Assembly (NCBI GenBank): GCA_964652475.1
Contig: CAZZCK010000004.1
Location: 606-34,855, forward strand
Source: an uncultured Azospirillum sp.
GTDB lineage: Bacteria > Pseudomonadota > Alphaproteobacteria > Rickettsiales > UBA3002
Reading direction: 5' to 3'
DNA length: 34,250 nucleotides
A program made the position numbers and the translations under genes. The notes beneath the pieces are model-generated. The model saw only the letters and a list, made by a program, of their open reading frames with translations, made no database searches and had not been told where the DNA came from. Positions 30,083-34,250 of this stretch are shown in pieces (positions within the stretch are counted from its first letter, which is position 1; every line of letters starts with the position of its first letter).

Positions 30083-31164
30083 TGCGTTTTGCTAAAAAAC
30101 ACGCCACCCGTCCGTTGCTTAGCATCGGTGAGTATCTATGGGTGGCGCGGGGTCGCGGCATCTATATTTGCCGCCATGATTTTTCAGATTTGCAGTATCT
30201 ATGTACATTGCCGGGCACAAGGCTCATCAATCTTTTGAGCCAGTTTCGTCTGCTACGGCGCCTGCTTCGTCTTGAGCCCACCATCGCCGTGCCGATCGAT
30301 GCGGACACGGTGTTGATGAGCAGTGGCGCCATGATCTGGCGGCTTCATGCATCTTCTAAACAGCTTGTTGAAGAGCATGTGATTCCGCATGGCCGTAAGG
30401 CCCTCAACATTCGGCGCGTGGTCGGCCTCGAAGGGATAGCGGATGGGTTTTATTTTGGTGAATATTTTGAAAATAAACCTAAAAGCGAAGTGGCGGTTTG
30501 GTTTCGCCCTCTGGCGGGGGGTGCATGGCGCGTAGTCTATCAATTTGCTGCCAATGAAATTGAACATATTCACGACATCGTTGCTGACCCTTACCGGCAA
30601 TGCCTATGGGTACTGACCGGTGATTTTGACCAAGGCTGCGGCCTGTGGCAGGTAACGCACGACTTTGCGCATGTCCAAGCTGTGCTGCGTGGCAGCCAGC
30701 AATACCGTGCCGCCTGGCTTGCACCACTGCGCGATCATCTTGTCTATGCAACGGATACGCCACTTGAACAAAATTATTTATATGCCTTAGGTCAGCAAAA
30801 TGGTGCGTGGGGCATCACCATGCTACACCCGCTTCCTGCCAGCTCAATTTATGCGACGATGCGTGGGGAGACGATCTATTTCTCGACCACGATCGAGCCG
30901 GGGCTGCTGACGGGAAACCGCATCCGCGATGTATTGGCAACTACGATTGGCAGTGGCATCAACGATTCCTATGCTCGGCTTTATCGCTTCGATAGTCAGC
31001 ATGGTTTAGAGGAGCTACTGCGCGCGAAAAAAGATTTTTATCCCATGCGGCTTTTGCAATACGGTACCTTTCACCTGTGTGATGCCATGAGCGAAACAGG
31101 CCCGGTTTATGCCTATGGATGTGCGGTGACGGGGCTTGATGGTTGTGCTATCACCGTCGCGTAA
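30079..31164 (+). CDS. Hypothetical protein, probable beta-propeller, in the polysaccharide locus
   Basis: 361 aa with ATGA coupling, short aromatic beta-strand units, motifs YFGEY, EHIHDIVADPY, LWVLTGD, GSQQYRA and YATDTP, and no signal peptide. Confidence 0.7.
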   Translation: MMRFAKKHATRPLLSIGEYLWVARGRGIYICRHDFSDLQYLCTLPGTRLINLLSQFRLLRRLLRLEPTIAVPIDADTVLMSSGAMIWRLHASSKQLVEEHVIPHGRKALNIRRVVGLEGIADGFYFGEYFENKPKSEVAVWFRPLAGGAWRVVYQFAANEIEHIHDIVADPYRQCLWVLTGDFDQGCGLWQVTHDFAHVQAVLRGSQQYRAAWLAPLRDHLVYATDTPLEQNYLYALGQQNGAWGITMLHPLPASSIYATMRGETIYFSTTIEPGLLTGNRIRDVLATTIGSGINDSYARLYRFDSQHGLEELLRAKKDFYPMRLLQYGTFHLCDAMSETGPVYAYGCAVTGLDGCAITVA

Positions 31165-31189
31165 CGGTTAGAATGAAAGTGTATCAGTG

Positions 31190-33052
31190 ATGTGCGGCCT
31201 GTTTGGTGCAGTGATTCAAAAAAACTCCGGCGCGCTTGTTGGCCTTGCCACGCGCGTCGCAGCGGCACAAAAAATTCAGGCCCATCGTGGTCCGGATATG
31301 GCGGGCGAGCAGAACTTCACGTTCGGTGATTGCACGGTGGTGCTCGCCCATCAGCGTCTCTCGATTCTTGATTTATCCGAACATGGCCGCCAGCCCATGC
31401 AATCCCACAGTGGCCAGCAGCATATGATTTACAACGGCGAGATTTATAACTACCGCGAGATTGCGGCGGCGCAAGGTTACGCCCGGCTCACGAGTACATC
31501 GGATACGGAAATCATTCTCGAACGCTTGAGCGCAATTGCCAATCCAAGCGATGCTTTCGCCGAATTTAACGGCATGTGGGCGATGGCGCTGCTCGATACA
31601 GCCGAGCAAACCCTTCTGCTCTCGCGTGACCGTGCGGGTATCAAGCCGCTATATTACACCATTCAAAACGGCGACATCTATTTCGCGTCCGAGATAAAAA
31701 CGCTGCTGGTGTTGAGTGGCCTGAAGTTTGCCATCAACCGCCGCAGTGTGGCGCGCTATATCGAACAATCGCTGCAGGACGATACCAACGAAACATTTTT
31801 CGAGGGCATCTTCGCACTACCAGCGGGCACCCACGCTACGCTCGATCTTGCCAAGCCCATCATCGAAATCAGCGCCACCTCCTATTGGGATCCCTTCCTG
31901 GCGAAGGCGAACTACGACTACCGCAATCCCGAACAGACGTTCCGTGAACTCTTCGAGGATGCGGTGCGTCTGCGTCTGCGCTCGGATGTGCCGGTTGGCG
32001 TCACCCTCTCCGGTGGGCTCGATTCCTCGCTGATTACGCATGCGATGAAGGCTGAGCTTGGTCATAGCAACTTCAACGTCCTTTCCGCGGTCGCGCCGGG
32101 ACAAGCCGAGGATGAATCGAAATTCATCGATATTATGGCGAACGCCTATGACTTGAACATCACTAAAATCGCGATGGATTGGAAGCCCGAGGAGGCGCTG
32201 AGCTTGCTTGCCAAAGCAACCTGGCAGAATGATAGCCCGCTGGGTAGCTTCTCCAACGTTGCGTTTTATTTGCTGATGCAAGCCGCCCATACCCATGCGG
32301 TGAAGGTTATCTTGAGTGGTCAAGGCGCGGATGAAATGCTCTGCGGATATAAAAAATTTGTTGGGTTTTATGTGAAGCATTTGCTGCGCCGCAAGCACTA
32401 CATCAAAGCGGCGATTACCCTTGCTGGCTTTGCACTCAACGGCACGGTGCTGAAGCAATTCAGCCTTGCTGAGGCCAAGCGCTATTTCAGCCAAGCGCCG
32501 CGCGATTCAGTGCTCACTGCGGAAACACTCGGCCATTTCACTCGCGCTTCGATAGGGGGCATCGGCAGCTCGCTCACCCATCGCCAGTGGCTCGATTACC
32601 GCCAGTTTTCGGTGCCCTACCTTACCCATTACGAAGATCGGATGTCGATGGCATTTGGTCGCGAGATTCGTTTGCCGTATCTTGATTATCGCCTCGTTGA
32701 GTTTTTGCTGAATGCGCCGGATGATCTTAAAATCCGACGCGGCTGGACCAAATGGCTGATGCGTTCGGCCTATGCCAATGCCCTGCCGCGCGCGATTATT
32801 TGGCGTAAAGACAAACAAGGGTTCACCAGCCCGCAAGCGCAGTGGTTGCGCCATGAATTACGCGCCGAACTTGAAGCACGCTTTCATGGCGATGCGCGCA
32901 TCTACCGTTACGGGCTCATCGATAAAACAAAACTTTGCCAACGCTACGGTGATTATTGCGCCGGTAAAAAAACGATTTGGTACCGCGAAATTTTTGCGCC
33001 ACTTGCGCTCGATATCTGGCTCGAGCAATTTGAACCGCATATCGCCTCATGA
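31190..33052 (+). CDS. asnB: AsnB-family glutamine amidotransferase, probably sugar-amidating
   Basis: N-terminal MCG (Ntn Cys), HRGPD, HQRLSILDLS, YNGEIYNY, RDRAGIKPLYY, LSGGLDSS and SGQGADE. Confidence 0.93.
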   Translation: MCGLFGAVIQKNSGALVGLATRVAAAQKIQAHRGPDMAGEQNFTFGDCTVVLAHQRLSILDLSEHGRQPMQSHSGQQHMIYNGEIYNYREIAAAQGYARLTSTSDTEIILERLSAIANPSDAFAEFNGMWAMALLDTAEQTLLLSRDRAGIKPLYYTIQNGDIYFASEIKTLLVLSGLKFAINRRSVARYIEQSLQDDTNETFFEGIFALPAGTHATLDLAKPIIEISATSYWDPFLAKANYDYRNPEQTFRELFEDAVRLRLRSDVPVGVTLSGGLDSSLITHAMKAELGHSNFNVLSAVAPGQAEDESKFIDIMANAYDLNITKIAMDWKPEEALSLLAKATWQNDSPLGSFSNVAFYLLMQAAHTHAVKVILSGQGADEMLCGYKKFVGFYVKHLLRRKHYIKAAITLAGFALNGTVLKQFSLAEAKRYFSQAPRDSVLTAETLGHFTRASIGGIGSSLTHRQWLDYRQFSVPYLTHYEDRMSMAFGREIRLPYLDYRLVEFLLNAPDDLKIRRGWTKWLMRSAYANALPRAIIWRKDKQGFTSPQAQWLRHELRAELEARFHGDARIYRYGLIDKTKLCQRYGDYCAGKKTIWYREIFAPLALDIWLEQFEPHIAS

Positions 33053-34250
33053 ATAAACTCACGCGCATTGCTTACTATGTGAAACTACTGCCGCGCTTAG
33101 GGATCGCTAACGCGCTCGCTGTCGCCCGTTATCGCCGCACATGGCGCAATGGCAAGCTTGAGAGCATGCTGCCAGCAAGTGATGCCGTTGCCATCGCCCC
33201 GTTTTGGGATGGTGATGTTGATGGCCCAGCGCTCCATGTTTCCAGCGCGCTTGCCGCCGCCATTACCGCTCGCGCTGACGCGATTGGCGTAGGTAAATTT
33301 CAGCAATTTTCGGGCGCTGACATCAACGAAGGTGAAAACCCGGCGTGGCATAAAGGCGTGTATGCGCAAAGCGCTAAGCAGCATTTCACTCGTGTGCCAA
33401 TCAACGCCGTTGCAGGTGAAGATATCAAGCTGACCTGGGATCTCTCGCGTATGCATTGGGCGCCGCGACTGGCGCTAGCGGCATGCACCACCACGGGCGA
33501 GGCGCGTGCACGTTATCTGGCTCGCCTCAACCACCTGACCACCGATTGGCTGAAGCATAACCCCTACCAGTGCGGTGCGAATTGGGCCTGCGCCCATGAG
33601 GTTGCCTTGCGTGGTTTTCAGCTGATGTTGACCAGCCTGGTCCTGGAACAGCATGGTGCGCTTACCCCGAGCAAAACCATGCTCACCCTCATGGAGCAGA
33701 GCTGGCGACGTGTGGTTGCGGTGCGTGCCTACGCGCGCGCGCAGCAGAACAATCATAGCCTTGCTGAGCATCTGTTCCTTATCTATGGCGCGGCGTTCCT
33801 TGCGCATCACGGTATTCGCATCGCGCCCGAGGCAACCCTCAAAAAACTGCAACATGAACTCGTACCGCTGATTGATGCGCTGATCCTGAGCGATGGCGGA
33901 AGCGCGATGTATTCGAGCAATTATCACCGCGTATTTTGCGATATGCTCAGCATCGGTAAATTGCTTGATGACCGTTTCGCACTTGGGTTATTTCGTGATT
34001 CGCGCATCGTGAAAAAATCCCGTGCGGCGTTTGATTTTCTGGCCGCGCTCATCGACCCTATCTCCGGTCAGACGCCGCTCATCGGCCATAACGATGGCTC
34101 GCTGCATTGTGTTCAATGCGCCCCCTTTCGTGATGCCGAACCGTCGCTCATATGGATGGGCGCTGTATTTCATTTCCCTATTCCTTCTCGGGCACAACGC
34201 AGTGAAAACGCCGTTTGGTTATTTGGCTACACGCCAACCTATGCGCCTAG
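33049..34250 (+). CDS. Heparinase II/III-family protein, 3'-truncated and not in the ORF track
   Basis: The ATG overlaps the asnB stop (ATGA) and the frame is open to the window end. Hand translation: MNKLTRIAYYVKLLPRLG...DIKLTWDLSRMHW...DWLKHNPYQCGANWACAHEVALR...QQNNH...DGGSAMYSSNYHR...PLIGHNDGS. Confidence 0.85.
   Translation, partial: MNKLTRIAYYVKLLPRLGIANALAVARYRRTWRNGKLESMLPASDAVAIAPFWDGDVDGPALHVSSALAAAITARADAIGVGKFQQFSGADINEGENPAWHKGVYAQSAKQHFTRVPINAVAGEDIKLTWDLSRMHWAPRLALAACTTTGEARARYLARLNHLTTDWLKHNPYQCGANWACAHEVALRGFQLMLTSLVLEQHGALTPSKTMLTLMEQSWRRVVAVRAYARAQQNNHSLAEHLFLIYGAAFLAHHGIRIAPEATLKKLQHELVPLIDALILSDGGSAMYSSNYHRVFCDMLSIGKLLDDRFALGLFRDSRIVKKSRAAFDFLAALIDPISGQTPLIGHNDGSLHCVQCAPFRDAEPSLIWMGAVFHFPIPSRAQRSENAVWLFGYTPTYAP

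Noticed and set aside
33097-34197. Several short ORFs listed at the right end
   Set aside because: All are shadows of the unlisted heparinase-like frame starting at 33049.
1-34250. Frequent CGATCG hexamers; also searched for CRISPR arrays, tRNA/rRNA, IS elements and integrases
   Set aside because: The apparent modest CGATCG excess can be explained by ATC/GAT codon usage and was not counted rigorously. No repeat-spacer array, RNA gene or mobile-element gene was seen.

Overview
Gene-dense, moderately GC-rich chromosomal window from an alphaproteobacterium; ThyX and UvrB look Rickettsiales/Rhodospirillales-like, which is an inference from recall. In order: the 3' part of an orphan Ala/Gly-rich protein with a hydrophobic hairpin; thyX; a CPA2 antiporter lacking its KTN domain; yqhA; a lone large type IV pilin-like gene behind the PHB depolymerase phaZ; uvrB; a Tad/Cpa pilus machine operon (cpaB-C-D-E-F-tadB-tadC) with no pilin or prepilin peptidase; guaA-yfgM-like-bamB; an ABC-2 exporter pair divergent from an acidic porin-like gene; and the first 10 kb of a Wzx/Wzy polysaccharide locus (wecB, wecC, wzx, acyltransferase, wzy, AAC(3)-fold acetyltransferase, unknown beta-propeller-like protein, AsnB-like amidotransferase, and a heparinase II/III-like gene that runs off the window and is absent from the ORF track). 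I found no rRNA, tRNA, CRISPR array, IS element or prophage. The best candidates for undescribed biology are the four-gene glycan-tailoring cassette, the compositionally mosaic orphan at the left edge, and the porin with a Fur-like box. Candidate PhaR and CtrA/GANTC sites are also visible. All family calls come from motif recognition, not database searches.
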